Shown piece by piece: positions 49,037-59,906 of a DNA stretch of 64,000 bases (positions are counted from its first letter, which is position 1; each line of letters opens with the position of its first letter). This DNA is from Calditrichia bacterium (lineage in GTDB: Bacteria > Calditrichota > Calditrichia > JAJRVZ01): contig CAVZSQ010000021.1 of the NCBI GenBank assembly GCA_963777955.1, positions 32,001-96,000 on the forward strand, read 5' to 3'. Made by a program: the position numbers and the translations under genes. The notes under the pieces are model-generated. The model worked only from the letters and a program-made list of their open reading frames with translations, ran no database searches and was not told the origin of the DNA.

Positions 49037-51182
49037 ATGAATAATGCCTTTATAATAAAGCAGATCACCGCTGAAATTTCTGTTCTGACTTTTGATTTGC
49101 CTGATGAAAAAGTGAATATATTCAACACAGCGGTCATGACTGAGTTGGATGAAAAAATAGACCAGTTATCCCGGCAAACTGATATAAAATGTCTGCTGAT
49201 CCGCTCCGCTAAAGAAGACAGGTTTATTGCCGGTGCCGATATCAGAGAAATCCTGACAATTACCAGCGTAGAAAAAGGATACGAGGCCTCGCGCCGCGGG
49301 CAGGAGATCTTCGCTAAATTATCCGCTGCTGCCTTTTCCCACCATTGCGGTCATCGATGGTGCATGCCTGGGCGGCGGTACGGAATTTGCGCTGGCCTGT
49401 ACTTATCGTCTGGCCTCGGACAATCCAAAAACTAAAATCTGCTTACCTGAAGTCAATCTGGGTTTGTTCCCCGGTTGGGGCGGCAGCCAGCGCCTGCCCC
49501 GTTTAATCGGTCTGCAACGCAGCCTGGACATTATACTAAGCGGTAAAAATCTCGATGCGCTAAGAGCTTTCAAAGCTGGTCTTATTGACCGCATCATCCC
49601 TAAAGAACTGGTGCTGGAATCTGCTAAGAAATTCGCTGAAGATGTCATTGCCGGCAGGGATGTACTAAGCCGCACCAAACGCAAAGCCAAAGGACTACTC
49701 ACCTTTCTGCTGGAAAAAAATCCGCTGGGACGCGCTATTGTTTACAGCCAGGCAAAAAAAATGGTAATGCAACGAACCCATGGACACTATCCGGCTCCCC
49801 TTTACGCCATTCAGTCTGTTAAAAAAGGGCACGGCAAGAAACTGGCCAAAGGACTGGAAATTGAAGCGCGCTTATTCAGCCGGCTGATCGGTACAGCGAT
49901 TTCCAATAATCTGATTAATATTTACCAGTGGACCGAAGCGATTAAAAAAGAAAATGGTACCACAAATCCGGCCATTAAGATACTACCTGTCAAACGGATT
50001 GCTGCACTGGGTGCCGGAGTTATGGGCGGCGGTATTGCTCAACTGTTCGCCGGTAAAAATATCCCGGTGCGGGTCAAAGATATTAATTACGATGCTGTGG
50101 CCAAAGCCCTGCGGCAGGCATCCTCTATTCTCTACAGTAAAGTAAAAAGAAGGCAACTCAGCAGACTGGAATACTCGCATATCCTGGCAAACATTACCGG
50201 GACGGTTGATTACTCCGGTTTTAAAAATGTTGATCTGGTAGTGGAAGCAATCGTAGAAGATCTGGAAATAAAAAAACGGGTTTTTACAGAATTAGAATCC
50301 CGCTTGTCCCCTGAAGCAATCATTGTTTCAAACACATCATCGCTCTCCATCGACGATATGGCCATGGCTCTGGCCAGGCCGCAGCGTTTTCTGGGTATGC
50401 ATTTCTTCAATCCCGTGCACAAAATGCCCCTGGTGGAAATTATTCGCGGCCAGCATACTTCTGATTCGGCGGTGGCTGCTGTATTCCAACTGACCAAGCA
50501 ACTGGGTAAAACACCGCTGGTAGTTAAAAACGGTCCGGGATTTTTAGTCAACCGCTTGCTGGTACCATATATGGTCGAAGCGATCACTCTGCTCGAAGAA
50601 GGCCATGCCCCGCAGCAGGTTGATCAGTTAATGGTGGATTTTGGAATGCCGGTGGGGCCCCTGGAACTTTTTGATGAAGTAGGAATAGATGTTGCCTACA
50701 AGGTGGCAAAAATTCTTAACCGTTTTATGAGCGATCGCATGGCCGATTCCCAGGTTCTGGATAAACTGGTACATGATCAGCGTCTGGGCAAAAAGAGCGG
50801 CCGGGGATTTTATCGTTACCACGATAAGAAAAAATACACCGATCCGGCCATACAGCAGTATATCACCCTCAGACAAAAAACAACTCTAAATGACCAGGAG
50901 ATGATCGGACGTATGGTCTATCCTATTATCAATGAAGCTGCCCGCTGCCTGCAGGATAAAGTGGTCGGTCGTCCTCAGGATGTGGACCTCGGAATGGTTT
51001 TTGGAACCGGTTTTGCCCCCTTCCGCGGTGGTTTGCTTCGTTATGCCGATACCGTGGGTATCAGCAAAATCGTAGATACCCTGCATAAATTTTCCGAACA
51101 ATATGGAAATCGTTTTATTCCTTCAGCCCTGATCATGGAAATCAATAAACAGGGAAAGGGATTTTATGAATATTTTAGTTAA
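49037..51182 (+). CDS. fadJ: Fatty-acid oxidation complex alpha subunit (enoyl-CoA hydratase / 3-hydroxyacyl-CoA dehydrogenase, FadJ-like); apparent frameshift at ~49322
   Basis: FIAGADI, GACLGGGTE, PEVNLG..PGWGG, GAGVMGGG, SNTSSL, GMHFFNP, FGTGFAPFRGG. Confidence 0.88.
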
Positions 51183-51247
51183 GCCGTTAAGTATGAAATA
51201 GGAATGATGGGAGTGATTGTGCCCTGTCGACCGGGAGGAGTATCATA

Positions 51248-52975
51248 ATGTCTAAGAAAATCCTGCTACCCAGTTTTTGTAAATCTTTATTCAGTGGAGC
51301 GATACTGGATGAACTGGTCTTTCCATACCCCAGCCAGGCAACTGAGGATCAGCAAAATCTGGAATTGATCCTGGACACACTGCGTAAGTATGCTGACAAG
51401 GTTCTGGACTCAAAAAAATTCGATCAGACAGAACAAATGCCGGCAGATGTGATTAATGGTTGGAAGGAACTGGGTTTCTTCGGCCTGATTATCCCCGAGA
51501 AGTACGGTGGCTCAGGATTGAATGCCACCTCTTATGTCCGGATTCTGGAGGAAATCGGTACGTATGATGGTAGTACCGCTTTGCTGATCGGTGCCCATCA
51601 GTCGATCGGATTAAAAGGTTTATTATTGTTCGGCACTGAACAGCAAAAGAAAAAATATCTGCCCCGGCTGGCCAGCGGTGAAATGATCGCAGCTTATGCT
51701 TTGAGTGAACCAAACGCTGGTTCCGATGCCGGTGGTATACAAACCCGGGCAGTACGCGATGAAGCCAAAGGGGTATATCGTCTTAATGGCTCCAAGATGT
51801 GGATAACCAACGGCGGTATTGCCGATTTTTTCACTATTTTTGCCAAGGAAGAATTGCATACCGCCCAGAATATTAAACAGGATAAGATCACCGCCTTTAT
51901 AGTCACACGGGACATGGGTATCAAGTCGGGTAAAGAAGAAAAAAAACTGGGCATACGCAGTTCTTCCACTACCGCACTCTTTCTCGATAATGTAGAAGTT
52001 CCCTTCGAAAATGTCCTTGGTGAACGCGGTAAAGGATTTAAAGTAGCCATGGAAATTTTAAATTCGGGACGGGTCAGTCTGGCTGCAGGATCAATCGGCG
52101 CCTCTAAAGCGGTTTTAGCACAGATTCTTCAATATGTGACCGAACGGAAACAGTTTGGACAGCCGTTGAGTGAATTTGAAATCATCAAGAAAAAAATTGC
52201 ACAAATCAGCCTCAATATCTTTGCCATGGATTCCATGGTGTATCTGACCACCGGCATGATCGATAGTGAAAAAATCGATTTCTCGCTGGAATCTGCTATT
52301 TGCAAGGTATTTGCCACTGAAGCATTATGGAGCAATGTCAACGAATGCATGCAAATGGCCGGCGGTATAGGTTTCAGTCAGGATTATCCCTACGAGCAGA
52401 ATGTTCGTGATGCGCGGGTGATGAGTATTTTTGAAGGTACCAATGAGATATTGCGCATTTTTATTTCTCTGGCGGGAATGGAAGAACGCGGTGAATATCT
52501 GAAAAAAATTGGTAAAGCGCTTAAAGATCCGGTCAAGAGTTTTGGCTTGATCACGGATTTTGCTGTGCAGTACATGAGAGACCGCCTGACCAAAGAACGC
52601 TTACGGGTGATTCATCCTACACTATCCAAGGCCAAAGCTGACTTTGAGAACTGGGCCAAGAATCTGTATGTGACCACCGAACGTGTCCTGATCAAGTACG
52701 GTAAGGATATAGTCATGAGGGAAATGATCCATGAACGCCTGGCCGATGCCATCATGTATTTGTACGCCATGATTGCCTGTATTTCCCGGGTGGATACACA
52801 GATCCGCAAGCGGGGAATGGAAAATTGTCTGGATGAAATATCTATGTGCAATCTGTTTTGCGAGCAGGCCTGGCGCATTATCCGCCGGAATATTCTGATG
52901 GTGGATAAAAACGAAGATGAAAATATAATTAAAATTGCCAACATGGTTTTAGAGGAAAAAAAGTATCCGTTATAA
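51248..52975 (+). CDS. Acyl-CoA dehydrogenase (VLCAD/ACAD9-like long form)
   Basis: GAHQSIG, ALSEPNAGSDA, GSKMWITNG, RKQFG, IFEGTNEI. Confidence 0.92.
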   Translation: MSKKILLPSFCKSLFSGAILDELVFPYPSQATEDQQNLELILDTLRKYADKVLDSKKFDQTEQMPADVINGWKELGFFGLIIPEKYGGSGLNATSYVRILEEIGTYDGSTALLIGAHQSIGLKGLLLFGTEQQKKKYLPRLASGEMIAAYALSEPNAGSDAGGIQTRAVRDEAKGVYRLNGSKMWITNGGIADFFTIFAKEELHTAQNIKQDKITAFIVTRDMGIKSGKEEKKLGIRSSSTTALFLDNVEVPFENVLGERGKGFKVAMEILNSGRVSLAAGSIGASKAVLAQILQYVTERKQFGQPLSEFEIIKKKIAQISLNIFAMDSMVYLTTGMIDSEKIDFSLESAICKVFATEALWSNVNECMQMAGGIGFSQDYPYEQNVRDARVMSIFEGTNEILRIFISLAGMEERGEYLKKIGKALKDPVKSFGLITDFAVQYMRDRLTKERLRVIHPTLSKAKADFENWAKNLYVTTERVLIKYGKDIVMREMIHERLADAIMYLYAMIACISRVDTQIRKRGMENCLDEISMCNLFCEQAWRIIRRNILMVDKNEDENIIKIANMVLEEKKYPL

Positions 52976-53010
52976 TTTACCGAGCTGACTGCCTGAGGAG
53001 GAAAGAATAA

Positions 53011-53766
53011 GTGCGCATCGCTGTCTGTATTAAACAGGTACCCGATACTGAAACCCGGATAAAAATCAGTGAGGATAAAAAATCCATCCGGGAAGAAGAA
53101 ATAAATTTCATCCTTAATCCTTTTGATGAATTCGCGGTAGAAGAAGCGCTGCGAATCAAGGAAGCCTCCGGCGCAGGCGAGATTACCATAATCTCGCTGG
53201 GTCCGGAGCGTATAACTACTGCCATCCGCACTGCCCTGGCCATGGGAGCCGATAGAGCCATCCAGATCAAAGTCGCAAAAATTCCCCTGGATGCCCTGGT
53301 CACGGCTGAAGCCCTGGCCAATGTGTTAAAGGAAGAAAAATACGATCTGATTTTGACCGGTAAACAGGCCATCGATGATGACCAGGCGCAATTGCCTTCG
53401 CTGCTGGCAGAAAAACTGAATCTGCCTGTTATTAATGTCGTCACTAAGCTTACCCTGGATGGCAACATTCTAATCGCTGAGCGCCAGATCGAAGGGGGTA
53501 TCGAAAAAGTAACCTGTACTTTGCCGGCGATTATTTCCGCCCAGCGTGGTTTGAACGAACCACGCTATGCTTCGCTGAAGGGAATTATGGCCAGCAAACG
53601 AATTCAGATTCAGGAACGGAGTGTGAATCTGGCAGTTGAGCAGATCGCCATAACCGAACTCAACTATCCGCCGCGGAAAAATCCCGGCAGGATTGTCGGC
53701 ACGGGACCGGCCGCCGTAACGGAATTACTGCGATTATTACGCGAAGAGGCTAAAGTCCTGACCTGA
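53011..53766 (+). CDS. etfB: Electron transfer flavoprotein beta subunit
   Basis: CIKQVPD, NPFDEFAVEEA, GKQAIDDD, NEPRYASLKGIM. Confidence 0.95.
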   Translation: MRIAVCIKQVPDTETRIKISEDKKSIREEEINFILNPFDEFAVEEALRIKEASGAGEITIISLGPERITTAIRTALAMGADRAIQIKVAKIPLDALVTAEALANVLKEEKYDLILTGKQAIDDDQAQLPSLLAEKLNLPVINVVTKLTLDGNILIAERQIEGGIEKVTCTLPAIISAQRGLNEPRYASLKGIMASKRIQIQERSVNLAVEQIAITELNYPPRKNPGRIVGTGPAAVTELLRLLREEAKVLT

Positions 53767-53832
53767 GTTTTTTAACAATAAAAATCAGCACTACCTGAGA
53801 AATAGCATAGTGCCCAGCCGAGGAGTTGAATA

Positions 53833-54786
53833 ATGAGTAAAATCCTGGTATTTGCCGAACAACGTAATGGAGAAGTTAAAAAGATTGCTTATGAAAATAT
53901 AACCCTGGCCAGAAAATTAGCTGCAGCCAGGGGTGTCGATTTTGTCAGCCTGCTGATCGGCTGGAATATAGCTGCCTTGCCTGCCCAACTGTCTAAATAC
54001 GGTGCAGAAAAAATAGTTCTGTATCAGGATGAAGCGCTGGCCCGGTACAATCCTGAAGGTTATGCGCGTATACTGGCTGCTGTGGCCGAAGAACAACAGG
54101 CCGATATGATTATCCTGGGTGCCACAGCGATGGGCAAAGATCTGGCACCGCGGTTGGCGGCACGATTAAACGGCGCTATGGCCAGTGATTGTATTGCCGT
54201 CGACTGGGAACGCGGTGATTTTAAGATCATCAGGCCCATGTACGCCGGCAAAGCACAGGCTACTGTTCAAATAAAATCGAAGATTAAGATTGTGACCATC
54301 CGGTCAAAAATATATTTAGCGGAAGAACATCCCTGCGCACCAGAAATCATCGAAAAAACCGCGGCGGCCGTTGAATCAAAATCCAGGGTTCTGGAGATCA
54401 TCAGCAATGCTAAGAATACATTGGATGTGACCGAAGCAGATATAATCGTTTCCGGGGGACGGGGTCTCAAAGGTCCGGAGAATTTTCATCTGCTTACCAC
54501 TCTGGCTGAAAAATTAGGAGCAGCCCAGGGTGCTTCCCGTGCGGTAGTGGATGCCGGCTGGCGGCCTTATGCCGAACAGGTGGGACAGACCGGTAAAACC
54601 GTATCACCCACTCTGTACATTGCCGTGGGGATCTCCGGGGCAATACAACATTTAGCCGGTATGTCGTCATCCAAATATATAGTTGCCATCAATAACGATC
54701 CGGAAGCGCCTATTTTCAAAATAGCCGATTATGGTATAATCGGTGATGCCTTGGAAGTACTGCCAAAATTAATTGAGTCAGTATAG
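53833..54786 (+). CDS. etfA: Electron transfer flavoprotein alpha subunit
   Basis: [39 protein letters not shown]. Confidence 0.95.
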   Translation: MSKILVFAEQRNGEVKKIAYENITLARKLAAARGVDFVSLLIGWNIAALPAQLSKYGAEKIVLYQDEALARYNPEGYARILAAVAEEQQADMIILGATAMGKDLAPRLAARLNGAMASDCIAVDWERGDFKIIRPMYAGKAQATVQIKSKIKIVTIRSKIYLAEEHPCAPEIIEKTAAAVESKSRVLEIISNAKNTLDVTEADIIVSGGRGLKGPENFHLLTTLAEKLGAAQGASRAVVDAGWRPYAEQVGQTGKTVSPTLYIAVGISGAIQHLAGMSSSKYIVAINNDPEAPIFKIADYGIIGDALEVLPKLIESV

Positions 54787-54829
54787 ATTTTTTGATTATA
54801 CGGGTGGCTGAGCGGGTCTCTTATCTTCA

Positions 54830-55901
54830 CTATCTTTTCTTTTTGTGTTTCATCACGGATTTTACCATACGTCCGAATTGTCTGTCTTTGCGTCGTTTTT
54901 CGACATAGGACATTTCATGATATTCTGATTCTTTTTTCAATTTCAGGTAATTACGGTAGCGGTCTTCATCCAGTTCATTCCTGCTCAATTGCCGCCAGGA
55001 CAGCGCAGCCGGTTTCACTGGTATGGGTACAATCGTTGAATTTGCAACCCTCCGCTAACAGCCCGATATCCGCAAAAGTATCATCGATGCTGTTGCTGAC
55101 CGCCAGCATACCCAATTCCCGCAACCCCGGTGTATCAACCAGCAGTGCGCCGTTATCCATGACAATCAGCTGGCGCCGGGCCGTAGTGTGAGTGCCCCTG
55201 CCGTCTTTGCTGCGCACCGGGTTCGTCTCAAATAACTCTTGGCCGATGAGTTTATTAAGCAAAGTGGTTTTCCCCACACCCGACGAACCCAGCAGGCAAA
55301 ATGTTTTACCCGGTTCCAGCATTTGCTGGACAACCGTCAGACCGGCAGCCGTAATGTTGCTGAAAGCAACAACCTCTGCTTCAATATGCGAATTCTGAAT
55401 TTCGTGAATACGCTGATCCAGCTCAGCAGCACTAATCAGATCACTCTTACTGAGCAGAATTACAGGTTTAATATGACCCTCCTGAACCATGACCAGGTAT
55501 CGTTCCAGGCGGCGCAGGTTAAAATCAACATCACATGACTGGATGATCAGAGCAATATCAATATTCGCGGCGATCATTTGATAATCGATTTTCTTGCCGG
55601 GTGTTTTCCGGCGCAGGAATGTTTTTCTGGGCAGCAGATCCTGAATAATAGCCAGGGTGCCATCGTTATGATAATCCACCATCACCCAGTCGCCGGCACA
55701 GGGTACGTCTCCGCCGCCGCTGGACTCCAGCGTGAATAATAGTTTCCCCGTAAGCTCAGCCTGAATTTCATCCCGTTCATTGCGGACTAAATAGCGGCCG
55801 CGATCGACGCGGGTCACCCGGGCAACCGGGCTGGCGGAGTTATTCGACTCCAGCAGTTTTTGCCGGAACCAATCATCAAAGCCTAGTTCAATCAATCTCA
55901 T
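54830..55901 (-). CDS. rsgA: Ribosome small subunit-dependent GTPase A (RsgA family); apparent frameshift at ~54978
   Basis: SKSD, GSSGVGKTT, GTHTT, DTPG, CKFNDCTH..E.GC zinc site; tail continues in 54830-55018. Confidence 0.9.
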
Positions 55902-56115
55902 TTACCAATTCCTGTTTTGATAAGGCCATGTTAACTTACTTTAAAATGCTGGTAGTTTACAAATTAAAACCATATTTCAATAATATTTTTTGCCATTCTT
56001 CAGTAAATGATATTTTTCGATGATGCTCATCCTGCTGATCACTATTTACTCGTATCAATAGATGAACATGTTCATTTTGAATGGACGAGACCAAAAATAA
56101 TATATGCAGGTGATA

Positions 56116-57043
56116 TTAGAATTCCCAGCAGGCCATATTCGCCAGTACATTAACCACGAAACCCATACGTTTATAATCCAATAATCCCGATTTATCATTT
56201 ATGGTATGATAATTTTTATTCCGGTAAAAAGCGGTATTGGTGATCATAAACGCATCAAAACCATAATGCCAAAAATTCAGATGATCACTGAAATCAACAC
56301 CGGTTACAAATGATGGCGCTGTCAGTTGGGCACAATGAATTTCATTCAGTGCTTCGGCGTGCTGTTGATATTCATCGGCCAAATCAGTAGGAAGCAAAAT
56401 TTGAAACAGCTGCAATAAAATCAGCCCGGGCCGGATAAAATAATTTGAAAATTAAAGACGGGTAAGCCTGTACTTTCTGTTCGCTAAAATATCCTATCAT
56501 TTCCAGGCAGGCCATGCCTCGGACATTTTGTTTAGACTGCTTGATAAATTCCGCGAATTTATAACTGCCCATGTCTGCAGTCCTGAAATAAGGCGGTTCT
56601 TCCAAGGTGAATGCAACAAATAACAGAGTGTAATAAGGCTTCCTGCTATCGGCTATAATTCTGGCTGTTTCGATCAGACCGGCAATTCCTGAGGCATTAT
56701 CATCCGCTCCCGGTAAGTCTTCATAAGTATCATAATGTGCGCCCAAAATAAAAAGCTCATCACATTCACCGTCTATTTGACAATAAATATTTTTATATTC
56801 GCGATTTTCAACAGTATAGGATTGAACTGAACAAGTTAATCCGATTTCAGCAAATTTTTGCTGAATGTATTCTGCAGATCGAGTTAGCGCTTCTGGTTGC
56901 CGATAAGATCTGCCACCAATTGTATCGGCCAGGAATCTGACCGTTTGCTCCAGACGAAGCGGATCTGCAGGGTGATTGATCAACCTGGTTCTTGACCCGC
57001 AGGAACATATTATAATGATAAAAATAACCAATACGAATTTCAT
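56116..57043 (-). CDS. M28 family peptidase, lipoprotein-like (apparent frameshift at ~56390)
   Basis: GAHYD, PGADDNASG, TLEEPP, LEMIGY; then FSDHLNFW...NYHTIND. Confidence 0.85.
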
Positions 57044-57336
57044 TTACTCTTGTTTATCTCTTTCAATTTCATATCCAGCGGAGTCAGATATTTCTTCTTA
57101 TTGTTACAGTCCTTACAACAGGGCACCACGTTACTTTTAGTACTCTTGCCCCCGCGGACTAAAGGAACAATATGATCCATGGTCAATTCAGCAGGTAAAA
57201 ATTTATTTCCGCAATAGTGACATTGACCCTGCGCAATCCGGTTTTTCCACCATTGTGTTTTTTTAAGTTGCGCTGCCTTCTTTTTCTCGCGGGCTATGTG
57301 CGCATTATCTTTTTCGATCGAAATCCATTCAGCCAT
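57040..57336 (-). CDS. Small HNH endonuclease family protein
   Basis: CHYC...TMDHIVPLVRGG...NVVPCCKDCNNKK. Confidence 0.9.
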   Translation of the reverse strand: MAEWISIEKDNAHIAREKKKAAQLKKTQWWKNRIAQGQCHYCGNKFLPAELTMDHIVPLVRGGKSTKSNVVPCCKDCNNKKKYLTPLDMKLKEINKSK

Positions 57337-57436
57337 GATAATTCATCATATTGTTCCAACTGTTTAAAATACTTTTCCGCCGACCCTGAGGCAAGCAATA
57401 TTTTTAGATATAGACAGGTGACCAATGCTCAGCTGA

Positions 57437-59905
57437 CTATCTGCCGGAAGAATTTAAAACCTGCCGGACTTTTTGACCCAGCGCTTCACTGCTGAATGGT
57501 TTTTGCAGAAAGGCCACATCGGGTTCCAGTACTCCCTGCTGAGTGATGGCTTCATCAGTATAGCCGGATATGAATAAGATTTTTATCTGTGGAAAATATT
57601 TTGCTATTGCCGAGGATAAATCTTTGCAACTCATTCCGGGCATGATTACATCGATAACCGCCAGATCTATTTTGATCTGTAAGTCCTGGCACATTTGCAG
57701 TGCTTTATCACCGCTCTCCGCAGTATATACAGTATAACCGTAATGCTTCAGGAAAGAGCAGGTTAAATCACGGACAGCATTATCATCTTCAACAACTAAA
57801 ATTGTTTCCAGGCCGCACAGTGATATATTTGCTGTCGGTTTGACTTCTCCCGCCTCGGCACTTTGATCATGGACCGGAAAATAGATGCGAAAAGCCGCCC
57901 CCTGTCCGGGGGAACTATCCACCCACACAAAGCCATCGCTTTGTTTTACAATTCCATATAGCGTGGAGAGCCCCAGTCCCGTACCCTTTCCTTTTTCTTT
58001 AGTGGTAAAAAAGGGCTCAAAAATATGAGTAATTAATTCCTGATCCATGCCAATTCCGCTGTCTTTTACCAGCAGCATGACGTATGAACCGGGCTGCTGC
58101 GGTGCATGCCGGCGGGCAAAATATTCATCGATCAGACTATTGCTGGTTTCAATGGTAAGTTTACCCCCGGCCGGCATGGCGTCTCTGGCGTTAACCACCA
58201 GATTCATAATCACCTGCTCCAATTGAGCGGGATCAATTTTAATGTTCCCCAGATCCGGATCCAAATTCGTTACAAAGTGAATATTTTCGCCAATCAACCG
58301 TCGTAACATCAGTTCCAGATCCTTGACAACCGTATTCAGATTGATAATTTTTGGTTTGACAATTTGCTTGCGGCTGAAGGCCAATAATTGCCCGATTAAT
58401 GCCGCGGCCCTGCTGCCCGCTTTTTTTATCTGCTCCAGCTCACTACCACCGCTCCGGACCAGTTCCTGTTGTTGCATCAGTAATTCACAATAGCCATTGA
58501 TGACAGTCAGAATATTATTGAAATCATGCGCAATACCACCCGCTAAGCGGCCCACGGCTTCCATCCTTTGAGCACCTCGCAGTTGCTCCTCTAATTTTTT
58601 CCATTCGGTTATATCAAATAAATATCCGCGTGATTCCACCAGCGTACCCTGTTCATCAAAAAGCCCGCTGATTTTACCAATCGCTCTGGCTATTTCACCG
58701 CTCTGCAGTTGAAACTCGAACTCCCGGCCTGTGGCCGTCTTTTCCCTGTTCAGAAAATCACGATAGCGGAACTCAGGTTCATTCAAAAGTTCAAATATTT
58801 TACTTCGACTGTTTAATACATCTTTAACGGTGTTAAATCCAAAAATTTTTGCAAAAGCCGGATTACAAAATCGAATCTGGCCATCGGCCGCAGCAATATA
58901 ATCGCCGGTTAAATCCTCTTCAAAAAACTGCCGGTATTTATTCTCCGATTCCCGTAGAGCCACTTCCATCTGTTTACGCTGCAGGGCATTGGTGATGATC
59001 TCGCCGATCATGCATAAAAATGATTCCGTATCTTCAGTCCAGATCCGTTCCTGGTGTACTGTGTCCAGTCCGATAGCACCGATCACCATTCCCGCCGAAA
59101 TCATCGGCACCATGATACTGGACCGGGTGTGATCGGTTAATTTATAGGTTTTCAGCGCCTGCATTCCGGCCGGCATGGTATTTACGCTATTAATTTTTAA
59201 AACTTCTCCTTTGAAAAGCACGCTGGCGGCAAAGGGCGAAACATCGCTATCCATATTTTCAAAAGCGGTAAGCGGTTTCACCTGATCGCTGTTCCAGGTA
59301 TGTACCGTACTTATTTTGGACAGATCCTGCGAAAAGTGCAGTATATAACAGCGGTCGGCAACCAGGAATTCTGCCACCGTTTTTAAGGCATTTTGTATCA
59401 CGAAATCCAGCTGGGTATGGTCCGGACGGATGAAGTAGGTTGAAATGGATGATATAACAGCTTCAAATTCAAGACGGTATTGCAACAGGTATTCTTCGTG
59501 CTCGCGGTTGGTAACATCCTGGGCCAGGCATAAAACAATTTTGTCGGCACCGAGATCGATCTGATTACAGTGCAATTCCAGGTATTTAACTTCTCCGGTC
59601 GGAAAGCGATTAGCCAGCACTATAGAATTTTTACCGGCCTGTGCAGCCAGCTTTAACTTGGAAATCAATTCTTCAATAGTCAGGCCGCAGAGTCTTTGAA
59701 TATTATTTTGATTGGCCTCCTGCCGGCTCAGGTTAAAAAATTTTTCGGCTGACTTATTGGCCTTGATAATGTTTCCAGACTTGCTGTTAAAAATCAGCAG
59801 GATGCCATTATATAGTTCAAATATCTCCTGATACAACTTCATCCCGTCAACAGCGGCAGGGTTGTCAAGGGCAGCCGGTTTTATTGTTGATTTTTTCTTA
59901 TTCAT
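57437..59905 (-). CDS. Hybrid sensor histidine kinase (PAS-GAF-PAS-HisKA-HATPase-REC)
   Basis: GGIAHDFNNIL H-box, NLVVNARDAM, FEPFFTTK, GTGLGL, C-terminal receiver (VVEDD, DVIMPG, KPF). Confidence 0.93.
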   Translation of the reverse strand: MNKKKSTIKPAALDNPAAVDGMKLYQEIFELYNGILLIFNSKSGNIIKANKSAEKFFNLSRQEANQNNIQRLCGLTIEELISKLKLAAQAGKNSIVLANRFPTGEVKYLELHCNQIDLGADKIVLCLAQDVTNREHEEYLLQYRLEFEAVISSISTYFIRPDHTQLDFVIQNALKTVAEFLVADRCYILHFSQDLSKISTVHTWNSDQVKPLTAFENMDSDVSPFAASVLFKGEVLKINSVNTMPAGMQALKTYKLTDHTRSSIMVPMISAGMVIGAIGLDTVHQERIWTEDTESFLCMIGEIITNALQRKQMEVALRESENKYRQFFEEDLTGDYIAAADGQIRFCNPAFAKIFGFNTVKDVLNSRSKIFELLNEPEFRYRDFLNREKTATGREFEFQLQSGEIARAIGKISGLFDEQGTLVESRGYLFDITEWKKLEEQLRGAQRMEAVGRLAGGIAHDFNNILTVINGYCELLMQQQELVRSGGSELEQIKKAGSRAAALIGQLLAFSRKQIVKPKIINLNTVVKDLELMLRRLIGENIHFVTNLDPDLGNIKIDPAQLEQVIMNLVVNARDAMPAGGKLTIETSNSLIDEYFARRHAPQQPGSYVMLLVKDSGIGMDQELITHIFEPFFTTKEKGKGTGLGLSTLYGIVKQSDGFVWVDSSPGQGAAFRIYFPVHDQSAEAGEVKPTANISLCGLETILVVEDDNAVRDLTCSFLKHYGYTVYTAESGDKALQMCQDLQIKIDLAVIDVIMPGMSCKDLSSAIAKYFPQIKILFISGYTDEAITQQGVLEPDVAFLQKPFSSEALGQKVRQVLNSSGR

Positions 59906-59906
59906 T

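Noticed and set aside
57040..57336. HNH gene as a homing or mobile element or defence system
   Set aside because: Small stand-alone HNH coupled to a peptidase gene; no intron, repeats, methylase or defence partners nearby
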